Origin: Bacteroidales bacterium
GTDB lineage: Bacteria > Bacteroidota > Bacteroidia > Bacteroidales > G3-4614
Direction of reading: 5' to 3'
NCBI GenBank assembly: GCA_017559955.1
Contig: JAFYPQ010000006.1
Location: 1,362-65,361 of the forward strand
Length of the DNA: 64,000 bases
Shown here in pieces: positions 56,501 to 64,000 of the stretch. Positions within the stretch are counted from its first letter, which is position 1. Each line of letters starts with the position of its first letter. The position numbers and the translations under genes are program-made. The notes beneath the pieces were generated by a model. It was not told the DNA's origin. It did no database searches and worked only from the letters and a program-made list of their open reading frames with translations.

Positions 56501-56933
56501 TTATAACATATATAAGAAGAATAAAAACAGCTTTGATATAAATAAAACCATAGGTGTAATTGTCCCATATCGAAATCAAATAGCTGCAATAAAAAATATT
56601 ATTCAAAAGTTGTATCCAGATTATAATCTTGACAAAATAACAATAGACACAATAGAACGCTTTCAAGGAAGCCAACGAGATTATATAATTTATGGACTTA
56701 CTATACAAGAAGAATATCAACTTAATTTTCTAACAGACAGCTCGTTTATCGACGACGGAATAATAATAGATAGGAAATTAAATGTAGCAATGACCCGTGC
56801 AAGGAAACAGCTTATTTTTGTAGGAAATGAAGATATTCTATATCAAAATATCTTGTATAAAGAGCTTATTAATACATTAAAAATAAATAATTCATTTTTT
56901 GACTATAATTCTTTAAAAAATATCCACCTGTAA
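53508..56933 (+). CDS. Dna2/Nam7-like nuclease-helicase (PD-(D/E)XK plus SF1 helicase)
   Basis: GRMDLL...IEQKSG, QMLLY nuclease motifs; GPPGTGKT, YTNRAVD, DEASQ, GDYKQLP, QGRMH, TIERFQG, NVAMTRAR. Confidence 0.88.
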   Translation: MSITPTDFIHNQYNDNAETLYSFIESSIKMIPNYKSIYTRLNNIYVRILNQNTSFVTIKLVGSFAKTDYLLKEYNASVELMHRINDFRVRARKIDDYSINELSIFLMQDIKALAQFISLIYKTCIPENLSKLFPSNNEYINRKRDKLLNDYIRVIVNKWDDEFIYCTNEENVENELKIYYGENCGIYKFNWSYISLLLYKNAQLNIIKPKYKDDIIIPELIIFEPDYLVDISSVANCFEQYAEDQVLYLINKIKPNINSSAILLGNLASQFLDEEIYSREIEVSYNESIKNFFKKNSLSLLSADIESDFHLNAKQQKNNIHKSIGEELPLRVSSFDFDNILLEPSFFSEMLGLQGRMDLLQADFSLLIEQKSGKCGFPQTEPETPIALKKHYVQMLLYMAILRYNYPKQYKNNNHKLNAFLLYSKYKNSLLGLGFAPELLFKSLKIRNEIVYNEYKYASKGVNILKEITPETVNKNKIDNKLWSNYILPQLSELLSPINSASELEREYYLQFLKFIENEQLYSKIGNRTKENSGFASKWHDTLDEKLNAGNIYDKLTLIYPSKNHTGSIEDVELKFNKDFNQEIANFRVGDIVILYPYNAGEIPDLRKTIVHRCSITNINIGTIKLSLRAPQTNVKLFLSKSDNFWAIEHDFIESSYSSLYRGMHSFLSAPKERKDLLLLQRSPRSDSSIKLNGEYGCFNELALKIKQAKDIFLLIGPPGTGKTSFGLLTTLKEELTEANSNILLLSYTNRAVDEICSKLVEENIDFIRIGNKNSCDIQYVDFLLENRSKNCTNISELGILIKNTRVFVATTASINNNNSLFDLKQFNLAIIDEASQILEPNIIGILSEQRNGNPVVKKFVMIGDYKQLPAVVQQPDYESKTNSQILNNIYLTDCSLSLFERLLRKYKDDNSITYMLTKQGRMHKDIAEFPNRLFYNNRLDVVPLPHQIDNFVETKSGNNTEDILSSSRVIFLQTQPLQNNNNNKVNTAEAEVIAKIIYNIYKKNKNSFDINKTIGVIVPYRNQIAAIKNIIQKLYPDYNLDKITIDTIERFQGSQRDYIIYGLTIQEEYQLNFLTDSSFIDDGIIIDRKLNVAMTRARKQLIFVGNEDILYQNILYKELINTLKINNSFFDYNSLKNIHL

Positions 56934-56999
56934 ATCAATTACTTAAATTTTTATATAAAATTTTCTTCAAAAAAATTTTGCAGATAAATAAAATTATTA

Positions 57000-57036
57000 T
57001 ACTTTTGTAATGATTTCAAATCTGTAATAATAACAA
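57000..57036 (+). promoter_or_regulatory. -7 promoter element overlapped by tandem Per/Fur-like 7-1-7 boxes
   Basis: TACTTTTG (57000-57007); TTGTAAT-G-ATTTCAA (57005-57019) and CTGTAAT-A-ATAACAA (57022-57036). Confidence 0.6.
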
Positions 57037-57040
57037 AATA

Positions 57041-57475
57041 ATGGAAAATAAAAATAAAATAGAGGAAAGCGGTTACGACAGATTAATTAAATGTGGTATC
57101 AGACCCTCTGTTCAACGTTTGGCTGTAATGAACTATTTAATGGAAAATCGCATACACCCGACTGTTGATAAAATATTTAACGATTTATATCCAACAATGC
57201 CAACACTATCAAGAACAACAGTGTATAACACATTAAAATTATTGGTTGAGAGTGGGGCGGCAATAATGTTAACAATCGACGAAAGAAATACAAGATTTGA
57301 TGCAGAGACAAAGCCACACACACACTTTATGTGCTATAAATGCGGAACGGTAACAGATTTAAATATAAATCCACCGGTATTAAAAGGCAACTATATTGAT
57401 GATTGTGAAATATTAAATTCAGAATTATATTTGTACGGACATTGTCCAGAATGTGTAAATAAAAACAAAAACTAA
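57041..57475 (+). CDS. perR: PerR-like Fur-family repressor
   Basis: IHPT, SRTTVYNTL, FDAETKPHTHF, VTD (PerR-type His/Asp ligand set), two CxxC; upstream of rubrerythrin. Confidence 0.78.
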   Translation: MENKNKIEESGYDRLIKCGIRPSVQRLAVMNYLMENRIHPTVDKIFNDLYPTMPTLSRTTVYNTLKLLVESGAAIMLTIDERNTRFDAETKPHTHFMCYKCGTVTDLNINPPVLKGNYIDDCEILNSELYLYGHCPECVNKNKN

Positions 57476-57515
57476 ATAATAAACTAATTTATAAACAATT
57501 TAAAACGAAAAAATT

Positions 57516-58067
57516 ATGGCAAAGAAATGGATTTGTACAGTATGTGGTTATATTCATGAAGGTGAAACTGCTCCTGAGAAATGTCCTCTATGTAAAGTTC
57601 CCGCAGAGAAATTTCAAGAGAAAGTAGAAGACGGAAAATTAGAGTTTGTGCAAGAGCACGTAATCGGTGTAGCAAAAGGTTGTGATGAGGAGATGATTAA
57701 AGATTTGAACAACCACTTTATGGGAGAGTGTACCGAAGTTGGTATGTATTTGGCAATGAGCCGTCAAGCAGACCGTGAAGGTTATCCCGAAATTGCTGAG
57801 GCATTCAAACGTTACGCTTGGGAAGAGGCAGAACACGCTGCTAAATTTGCAGAACTTTTAGGAGACGTTGTTTGGGATACAAAAACAAACCTCGACAAGA
57901 GAATGAACGCAGAAAGCGGAGCATGTGCAGATAAATTCCGCATTGCAAAACGTGCAAAAGAGTTGAACCTTGACGCTATCCACGACACAGTTCACGAAAT
58001 GGCTAAAGACGAGGCTCGCCACGGAAAAGGATTTGAAGGACTATTCAACAGATACTTCAAAAAATAA
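57516..58067 (+). CDS. rbr: Reverse rubrerythrin / NADH peroxidase
   Basis: N-terminal CTVC...CPLC rubredoxin-like domain, then a di-iron domain (GECTE, EEAEH, DEARH). Confidence 0.9.
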   Translation: MAKKWICTVCGYIHEGETAPEKCPLCKVPAEKFQEKVEDGKLEFVQEHVIGVAKGCDEEMIKDLNNHFMGECTEVGMYLAMSRQADREGYPEIAEAFKRYAWEEAEHAAKFAELLGDVVWDTKTNLDKRMNAESGACADKFRIAKRAKELNLDAIHDTVHEMAKDEARHGKGFEGLFNRYFKK

Positions 58068-58089
58068 TATAGTAAAATAAAATATCTGC

Positions 58090-58122
58090 GAGGAGGTTGT
58101 TTCTATACAATCTCCTCTTTTT
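58090..58122 (+). terminator. Intrinsic terminator of perR-rbr
   Basis: gaggaggttgt / acaatctcctc stem plus T tract. Confidence 0.8.
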
Positions 58123-58207
58123 AGTATATAGTTATAGATAAAACTTACCCTTTTTTGATTGACAAACATTTACTAACTTTGCAGAGTAAAAAATAGATGA
58201 TAACTAA

Positions 58208-58759
58208 ATGAACCCAATAAAAAATTTATTAACTATTATAATATCTCCTAAAAAAGGATGGGATAAAATTTCTTGTGAAGATATTTCCGCCGAAAAACTA
58301 TCCTCAACATTACTATATCCTATATTAGGAGTATTTGCTGCAATAGTTTTTTTATTGGAAATAAAATTTACCGGACAACGTAGCGAATCGGGAATTGAAA
58401 AAGCAATTCAGTATGCATCCATAGCTTTTATTCAATTTTTTTCTACATACTTTTTGATATCGTTTATAGTAAAAAAATTATTCAAAAAGTATGATATTCA
58501 AAAATGTAATATATACCTATTATATATAATTTCCACAACAACAATATTTTATACTATAATGACAATTTTTTCAAGTTATATCAATTATATCGCACCTTTG
58601 TCATTATTTATAATATACTATGCGTGGACAGGATATAAATATATTGATATCGGAGCAGATAAGACTGATGCCGTATTTGTAGTTACAACATCTACTATGG
58701 TTCTGATGTTCCCAATTATAATATCTCTTATATTAAGAACTCTTTTAACACTGATATAG
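58208..58759 (+). CDS. Yip1-like membrane protein
   Basis: IIISPKKGWDKI N-terminus, about 5 transmembrane segments, directly upstream of smpB. Confidence 0.6.
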   Translation: MNPIKNLLTIIISPKKGWDKISCEDISAEKLSSTLLYPILGVFAAIVFLLEIKFTGQRSESGIEKAIQYASIAFIQFFSTYFLISFIVKKLFKKYDIQKCNIYLLYIISTTTIFYTIMTIFSSYINYIAPLSLFIIYYAWTGYKYIDIGADKTDAVFVVTTSTMVLMFPIIISLILRTLLTLI

Positions 58760-59215
58760 ATGAAAGCCAAACCTCAAATAAATATAAAAAATAAACGAGC
58801 AACGTTCGATTACGAACTTATCGATAAATATAAAGCAGGAATTGTTCTTACCGGAACCGAGATTAAATCAATCAGAGAGGGCAAAGCCGGTTTGGTTGAC
58901 ACATTTTGCTATTTTGTGAATGGCGAATTGTGGGTAAAGAATATGTATATAGCCGAATATTTTTATGGTACTTATAACAACCACAGCACACGTCGAGACA
59001 GAAAACTGCTATTAACCAAAAAAGAGTTGCGAAAAATATCAAGAACTGATAAAGAGTCAGGATTTTCGATAATACCAACTCGTTTGTTCATCGACGAAAA
59101 CGGACGTGCAAAGTTAGACATTGCCGTAGCAAGAGGTAAAAAAACTTACGATAAACGACAATCGATAAAAGAGCGTGAAGATAAACGCTCAATGGATAGA
59201 ATGTTTAAACAGTAA
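58760..59215 (+). CDS. smpB: SsrA-binding protein
   Basis: [36 protein letters not shown]. Confidence 0.97.
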   Translation: MKAKPQINIKNKRATFDYELIDKYKAGIVLTGTEIKSIREGKAGLVDTFCYFVNGELWVKNMYIAEYFYGTYNNHSTRRDRKLLLTKKELRKISRTDKESGFSIIPTRLFIDENGRAKLDIAVARGKKTYDKRQSIKEREDKRSMDRMFKQ

Positions 59216-60413
59216 CCCTACTGCACAAAATCAATAATTTTTGTTTGTTATTGTCGGTAGTTGCAAAAATATAACTCTCTCCACCATCTTTAATTTTAAG
59301 TTTTTTTCTTAATTCTTCAACTTTAAGGGGGAAATTACGGGTAGTTATATTTGCTTCCGAAATACTTTTACACAAACTCTTTACACCATTTGATGAGAAA
59401 GGAATTATCTCATTAATAATAAATTTACGCCCCTGGAACTCATCAACTAAAACATCCGACGTATAAAGATGACTGCTTTGAGCCAATTTATAAAGGTTAT
59501 ATTTTCTTGCTACCGATTTAAATGCACCTGCCTTGAGTAGCGACGATGAAGGTTCGTATAAGTAACGTAAGGGCTCGCTATATTTAACATCCGAAATATC
59601 TGCTTCATCAGCATATTCTAACTCAAACAACGACGTAGAAGTATTGCGAATATCAACACAAACAATATTTACATTTGAAGAAGTCGCTTTATCCTTATTC
59701 AATTTAAAAAGCAGCTCCTTACATTCATTCTTGTACGATATAACATAAATATCACAAACATACATCAATTCATTTATCGACATAGAAATATCAGCCATTG
59801 GCGAAGCCTTTATATATACATTGTCTGCCACCTCAAACATACGAGGCAAAAGAGCAAGTACATTGGGTTCACAATCCGAAAAGGCAAAAAGACGTTTGTT
59901 TGACTCGCCTCTGCGAGCGGGGTCGATATAGAGAGCGTCAAAGCGAATATCCAATCTTAGAAAATCCTCACAGTTACTATTAATCACCCTGATATTCCTG
60001 TTTAATAGCCTAAAATTATGTTCGGCAACCGAACTATACTCCGAAAATCTCTCAACGTAAGTAACATTCTCAACTACCGACGATATGGCAAGTGTGTCAA
60101 TACCCAAACCTCCTGTTAAATCACATACCGAATTATAACCTTCGTTAAAAATAGAACTTTTAAAGTTGGCAACAGCTTCCGAAGTGCATTGCTCGGCTGA
60201 TATAAGCGAAGGGAACAAAAAGGTTTCGGTTACTGCTACAAACGGAAGTTTATCTTTAACCTTTTGTCTTGCTTCAATCTGGTCGATAGCAAAGCGTACG
60301 TCAAAATCGTTTAGTTTTGCATATTTCAAACGCAACGACAAACAATTATCGTTAATGTGAGAATATACAAAATCCCAGAATAGTTTATTTGTTTTTAGCT
60401 CTGCAATATCCAT
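59205..60413 (-). CDS. Class I SAM-dependent methyltransferase with C-terminal THUMP-like domain
   Basis: [37 protein letters not shown]. Confidence 0.82.
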   Translation of the reverse strand: MDIAELKTNKLFWDFVYSHINDNCLSLRLKYAKLNDFDVRFAIDQIEARQKVKDKLPFVAVTETFLFPSLISAEQCTSEAVANFKSSIFNEGYNSVCDLTGGLGIDTLAISSVVENVTYVERFSEYSSVAEHNFRLLNRNIRVINSNCEDFLRLDIRFDALYIDPARRGESNKRLFAFSDCEPNVLALLPRMFEVADNVYIKASPMADISMSINELMYVCDIYVISYKNECKELLFKLNKDKATSSNVNIVCVDIRNTSTSLFELEYADEADISDVKYSEPLRYLYEPSSSLLKAGAFKSVARKYNLYKLAQSSHLYTSDVLVDEFQGRKFIINEIIPFSSNGVKSLCKSISEANITTRNFPLKVEELRKKLKIKDGGESYIFATTDNNKQKLLILCSRVTV

Positions 60414-60494
60414 TAATGCAAAAGTAATACTATATCTGCAAACAAAGAATACAGAGAAGGTGTTATTTTAATGTAGTTCAAAATTTTAAATATT

Positions 60495-60707
60495 ATGAAA
60501 GGTATATGTTTATTAACTGCCTTCATAGGCGGTGTTGCAGCAGGGGCTGCCGTAGGTTTATTATTTGCTCCGGCAAAAGGTTCCGAAACACGAGCAAACA
60601 TTTCGGAGTTTATGAAACGACACGGAATCAATCTTTCGAGGGAAGAGATTGACGAATTAAAAAAATGTATCAATCACGAATGTAAATCCGAACCAAAAAC
60701 AACTTAG
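60495..60707 (+). CDS. YtxH domain protein
   Basis: GGVAAGAAVGLLFAPAKGSETR. Confidence 0.88.
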   Translation: MKGICLLTAFIGGVAAGAAVGLLFAPAKGSETRANISEFMKRHGINLSREEIDELKKCINHECKSEPKTT

Positions 60708-60767
60708 AAGGTGTTTGAATTAGTTATTTGATAAAATTCAAACAAATTCTCAGCTAAACAGCAGATT

Positions 60768-61100
60768 ATGCACGAAAACCTGACTAATGAATTATTGACG
60801 GAGGTTAAACACTACCTCCGTCTTCGTAAAGAGTTGTTCGAAACAGAAACAACCATAAGAGTAACTAAGGTTGTATCAACAATAGTTATAATAATATCGG
60901 CACTTATAATGAGTACATTAACCTTAACATTCTTTGTTATAGCAATAGTCTCATTGCTAAAAATTTATGTAGGAGATATATTAGCATTTACAATAGGAGG
61001 AGTAATGTTTATTATATTTTGGGTGATATTTTACATCTTCAGAAAAACAATAATACTTAACACGGTAGCAAGATTTTTAAGCACAATCATAAAACTATGA
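60768..61100 (+). CDS. Phage-holin-like (YqjE-type) membrane protein
   Basis: N-terminal amphipathic helix then two transmembrane segments; follows the YtxH gene. Confidence 0.6.
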   Translation: MHENLTNELLTEVKHYLRLRKELFETETTIRVTKVVSTIVIIISALIMSTLTLTFFVIAIVSLLKIYVGDILAFTIGGVMFIIFWVIFYIFRKTIILNTVARFLSTIIKL

Positions 61101-61324
61101 GCTATATAGATGATTTAGAAGCTAAAAGAATAATACTAAAGGATAAAATCTCAATAAAGGAAAGTGAGTTCGCCAACCAATATAAAACAATTATGCCTAA
61201 TTATGAATATGATATTGTTGGTAGAATAAGCAAAAAGCTTTCGCTTATAACAACATTTAGCGAAGGAGCAAGAGTAGCAATAACTGTTTTAAAAGCCTTC
61301 TTTTACACAAAAAACAGAAAATAA
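61097..61324 (+). CDS. Hypothetical protein, third gene of the YtxH operon
   Basis: ATGA overlap with the previous gene; coiled-coil N-terminus. Confidence 0.6.
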   Translation: MSYIDDLEAKRIILKDKISIKESEFANQYKTIMPNYEYDIVGRISKKLSLITTFSEGARVAITVLKAFFYTKNRK

Positions 61325-61395
61325 ACATTGAGCATAAGTTGTTTTTTAGTAATTTTGCAGGCGTAAAATTAAAGGCACCAATAGCCTTGTAAACT

Positions 61396-62157
61396 ATGCT
61401 TAAAATGAAAAAATATTCACAATTGTTTTTAGTGGCAATATTCTGTACAATATTCACAACACTTTCGGCACAACAAACCAATTATAAAGAGAACTTCTAT
61501 AATCTATTTATAAATGGCAATGTAAGCAAATGGGATAAACTAATAACCCAATTCGAAGGAGACATAACAAAACGAGATGATGCATCAAAAATAGAGCTAT
61601 TAGGATATTATTACGGTTATATAGGACATTTAATAGATGTCAAAGATGAAGATAGAGCCGAAGATTATATTGAAAAAGCTCTACCATTGGCTAACACACT
61701 AATAAAAAAATACCCGAATAATGCCGTATTAAAGGGATATAATGCCAATATAATAGGATTTCAAATAGCAATGTCGCCACTGAGAGCGGCAACACTTGGC
61801 AGGGGTATGATGAAGAATGCAAAAGCATCGATAGCAGCAGCACCCAACGACCCAATAGTAAATATTCTTACCGGAAACATATACTTTTATATGCCCGACT
61901 TCTTAGGGGGAAACACCAAACAAGCACTAACACAATGCAAAAAAGCATTAGCCGATTTCGATGCAAATGATAAACTGAGAGAAAACAATTGGATGTACCT
62001 CCAATTAATGGTAACAACAGGTATAATACTCGAAAAGTTAGAGAACTATACAGAGGCAAAAGCAATGTACGAAAAAGCATTGAAGCTATATCCCAACTAT
62101 CCCCACGTAAGAGATAAAAAATATCCCGCAATCCTTAAAAAGATAAATAAAAAATGA
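61396..62157 (+). CDS. Exported tetratricopeptide-repeat protein
   Basis: Signal peptide; TPR-like YTEAKAMYEKALKLYPN; MPDFLGG. Confidence 0.7.
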   Translation: MLKMKKYSQLFLVAIFCTIFTTLSAQQTNYKENFYNLFINGNVSKWDKLITQFEGDITKRDDASKIELLGYYYGYIGHLIDVKDEDRAEDYIEKALPLANTLIKKYPNNAVLKGYNANIIGFQIAMSPLRAATLGRGMMKNAKASIAAAPNDPIVNILTGNIYFYMPDFLGGNTKQALTQCKKALADFDANDKLRENNWMYLQLMVTTGIILEKLENYTEAKAMYEKALKLYPNYPHVRDKKYPAILKKINKK

Positions 62158-63002
62158 CAGGCGAATACATCGAAACAACCCTTGAAATAACACCATATAT
62201 TGAGGATGCTGCCGACATAATGGCGGCATTACTTGCAAACGAAGGATACGAAACATTTATCCCTACAGAGAATGGTTCGAAATGCTATATACTAAAAGAG
62301 TTATATAACAACAGCATAGTAGAAGATGTAATAGCACAAAACCCATTTGATTGCACCATTCAATATAACAGTATCGAAGTAGAGGACGAAGATTGGAATA
62401 AAACGTGGGTAGAGGAGAGCTTTACACCAATCTTTATAGGAGAAGATTGTGTGATACATTCACCCAAAAACAATGTAGGAGAAGATAAAAAATATAATAT
62501 CCTTATAAACCCCATAATGGCATTCGGTAGCGGCCACCACCAAACAACAGCAATGATGACGCAATGGCTGTTAGACGACGAAATAGCCAATAAAGATGTA
62601 TTGGATATGGGGTGTGGAACGGCCATACTTGCAATAGTAGCAACAAAACGAGGAGCGAACAACGTATGTGCCATAGACATTGACCAACGAGCATATCGCA
62701 ACGCCATCGACAATGCAACCCTAAATGCCTGTACGCAAATAGACGTACGATTGGGTGGGGCAGAGGCAATAGGCAACAGCATCTTCGATATAATATTAGC
62801 CAACATAAACAAGAACATCCTAATAGCCGATATGGTAACATACTCAAAAGCCATTAATAAAGGAGGAGTTTTATATGTTAGCGGATTTTACACATCAGAT
62901 ATAGAAGATATTGCCGCCGAAGCATTAAAGTATGACTTTAAGCTTACCAATAAACAAGAAGACTCTGATTGGGTATCACTTAAGTTTGTAAAAGGGGAGT
63001 AA
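62154..63002 (+). CDS. prmA: Ribosomal protein L11 methyltransferase
   Basis: DWNKTW, AFGSGHHQTT, LDMGCGTAIL, DID, LANIN, SGF. Confidence 0.94.
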   Translation: MTGEYIETTLEITPYIEDAADIMAALLANEGYETFIPTENGSKCYILKELYNNSIVEDVIAQNPFDCTIQYNSIEVEDEDWNKTWVEESFTPIFIGEDCVIHSPKNNVGEDKKYNILINPIMAFGSGHHQTTAMMTQWLLDDEIANKDVLDMGCGTAILAIVATKRGANNVCAIDIDQRAYRNAIDNATLNACTQIDVRLGGAEAIGNSIFDIILANINKNILIADMVTYSKAINKGGVLYVSGFYTSDIEDIAAEALKYDFKLTNKQEDSDWVSLKFVKGE

Positions 63003-63042
63003 AAAGCTAAAAAGGCTGAAATAGCCTAAAGGATAAATAAAT

Positions 63043-63081
63043 TACAAAACCGTTCTATCATAAAGGTAGAGCGGTTTTGTA
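63043..63081 (+). terminator. Terminator hairpin after prmA
   Basis: tacaaaaccgttctatc / ggtagagcggttttgta inverted repeat with G-U pairs. Confidence 0.75.
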
Positions 63082-63172
63082 TTACATAAAATTTTTGAAT
63101 AATTTAGGAATATCCATTTTAAATAATTAATTTCGCAATGTCTCACGTGTAGTGAGGCATGACATATTAAAA

Positions 63173-63455
63173 GGCGTTTACTACGCTTTGGTTTTGACAC
63201 CTTGAAATCGTAGGAAAATTTCAAATTGTCTGTCAAGAACAAAGCAACAGTAGATGCCCCATAGGTGTGTAATATACATATCTCAAATGCCGTGTAGCCA
63301 TTGGTGTACCAATACGCCAATAGCAACTATTGGTGTATAAGGAATGTTATATATACATGCGTGGGGTTTCTGCGTTGCTCGTTTCGACAGACAGGGCAAT
63401 TCCTACGAGCCTCAAGGTGTGAAGCGAGCATAGTGCAGGGCTTCACGCTTTTTTT
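63173..63455 (+). ncRNA. Putative structured cis-regulatory leader RNA with alternative terminator (copy 2)
   Basis: Helices 63197-63216/63400-63420, 63227-63234/63386-63393 and 63244-63261/63359-63381; alternative pairing 63359-63381/63424-63448 followed by U7; TAATTTCG promoter-like element at 63128-63135. Confidence 0.72.
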
Positions 63456-63524
63456 ATTGTCTTTATATTTAGGATTACTTTATAAGGGTTGCCGAAGTCC
63501 TCTCCCTAAAACTTTGCGAACAGC

Positions 63525-64000
63525 ATGAGTACAAAGTTTTTTAATAACGATGCAGGCAACACTCTCTTCGACAAATTAAAAGGAATAGCCACAGAAATGG
63601 CAACTTTCAACCGTTTCTTGGCTGTTGTAGGATTTTTTCGTTCATCAGGTTACTTCAAACTACGAAAAGAGTTAGGCGATATTTCAGAGATAAAAATATT
63701 GGTAGGCATCAATATTGATGATATTTTCCGCAAACATAACAAAGCCATTTTTATGCTTGGCAATGAGGCTAAGGCAAAAGAGATCTATCAAAATGGCTTT
63801 AAAGAAGATATAATAAAAGCACACTACTCTCCCGAAATAGAAGGAGGCATATTGCAAATGTGCGAAGACCTTGTATCCGGAAGGCTTCAAATACGTATTC
63901 ATGATAAAAAGAATCTGCATGCAAAGTTCTATTTATGTTTACCAGATAACCATAGCGAGCATAGCGATGGTTGGGTAATAATGGGTTCTTCCAACATATC
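63525..64000 (+). CDS. PLD-nuclease-domain protein, probable N-terminus of a restriction-associated SNF2-type helicase (partial)
   Basis: Not in the ORF track. Reads MSTKFFNNDAGNTLFDKLKG...AVVGFFRSSGY...LHAKFY...IMGSSN (HxK...GSxN motif); open to the window end. Confidence 0.75.
   Translation, partial: MSTKFFNNDAGNTLFDKLKGIATEMATFNRFLAVVGFFRSSGYFKLRKELGDISEIKILVGINIDDIFRKHNKAIFMLGNEAKAKEIYQNGFKEDIIKAHYSPEIEGGILQMCEDLVSGRLQIRIHDKKNLHAKFYLCLPDNHSEHSDGWVIMGSSNI

Noticed and set aside
60495-61324. Holin-like gene as evidence of a prophage
   Set aside because: It belongs to a YtxH/membrane-protein/small-protein triad, with no endolysin, structural or integrase genes nearby.
63042-63920. Track ORFs 63042-63326 (-), 63301-63528 (+) and 63684-63920 (-)
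   Set aside because: No recognisable motifs; they overlap the structured leader or lie antisense to the PLD-domain gene.

Overview
An AT-rich chromosomal segment from a Bacteroidota organism, most likely Bacteroidales. The assignment rests on TAnnTTTG promoter elements, a short primary sigma factor, a DPP III with HECLGH, a Ser-type sulfatase and the leuA-leuC-leuD-cimA-leuB gene order. Most of the window is housekeeping: serC/serA, rarA, purA, rseP, dxr, comEC, rpe, the leu operon, rpoD, htrA, uvrA, maf, kdsC, ligA, dapA, smpB and prmA. It also holds a GH2/sulfatase pair and an oxidative-stress neighbourhood (two tandem rubredoxins, an atypical OxyR, thioredoxin, PerR, reverse rubrerythrin). 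I saw no tRNA, rRNA, CRISPR array, integrase or transposase. The most interesting signal is non-coding. Two leader regions 57 kb apart (6049-6221 minus, before a small XRE gene; 63173-63455 plus, before a PLD-domain gene cut by the window end) have almost unrelated helix sequences but the same nested RNA architecture. They share internal-loop motifs and a switchable A:B versus B:C-terminator pairing, which suggests a structured cis-regulatory RNA family. Also read directly from the sequence: a Leu/Ile-rich attenuator peptide, an OxyR-type operator shared by the rubredoxin and thioredoxin promoters, Per-like boxes, and short genes missing from the ORF track. All product calls come from motif recognition; no database search or folding program was run.
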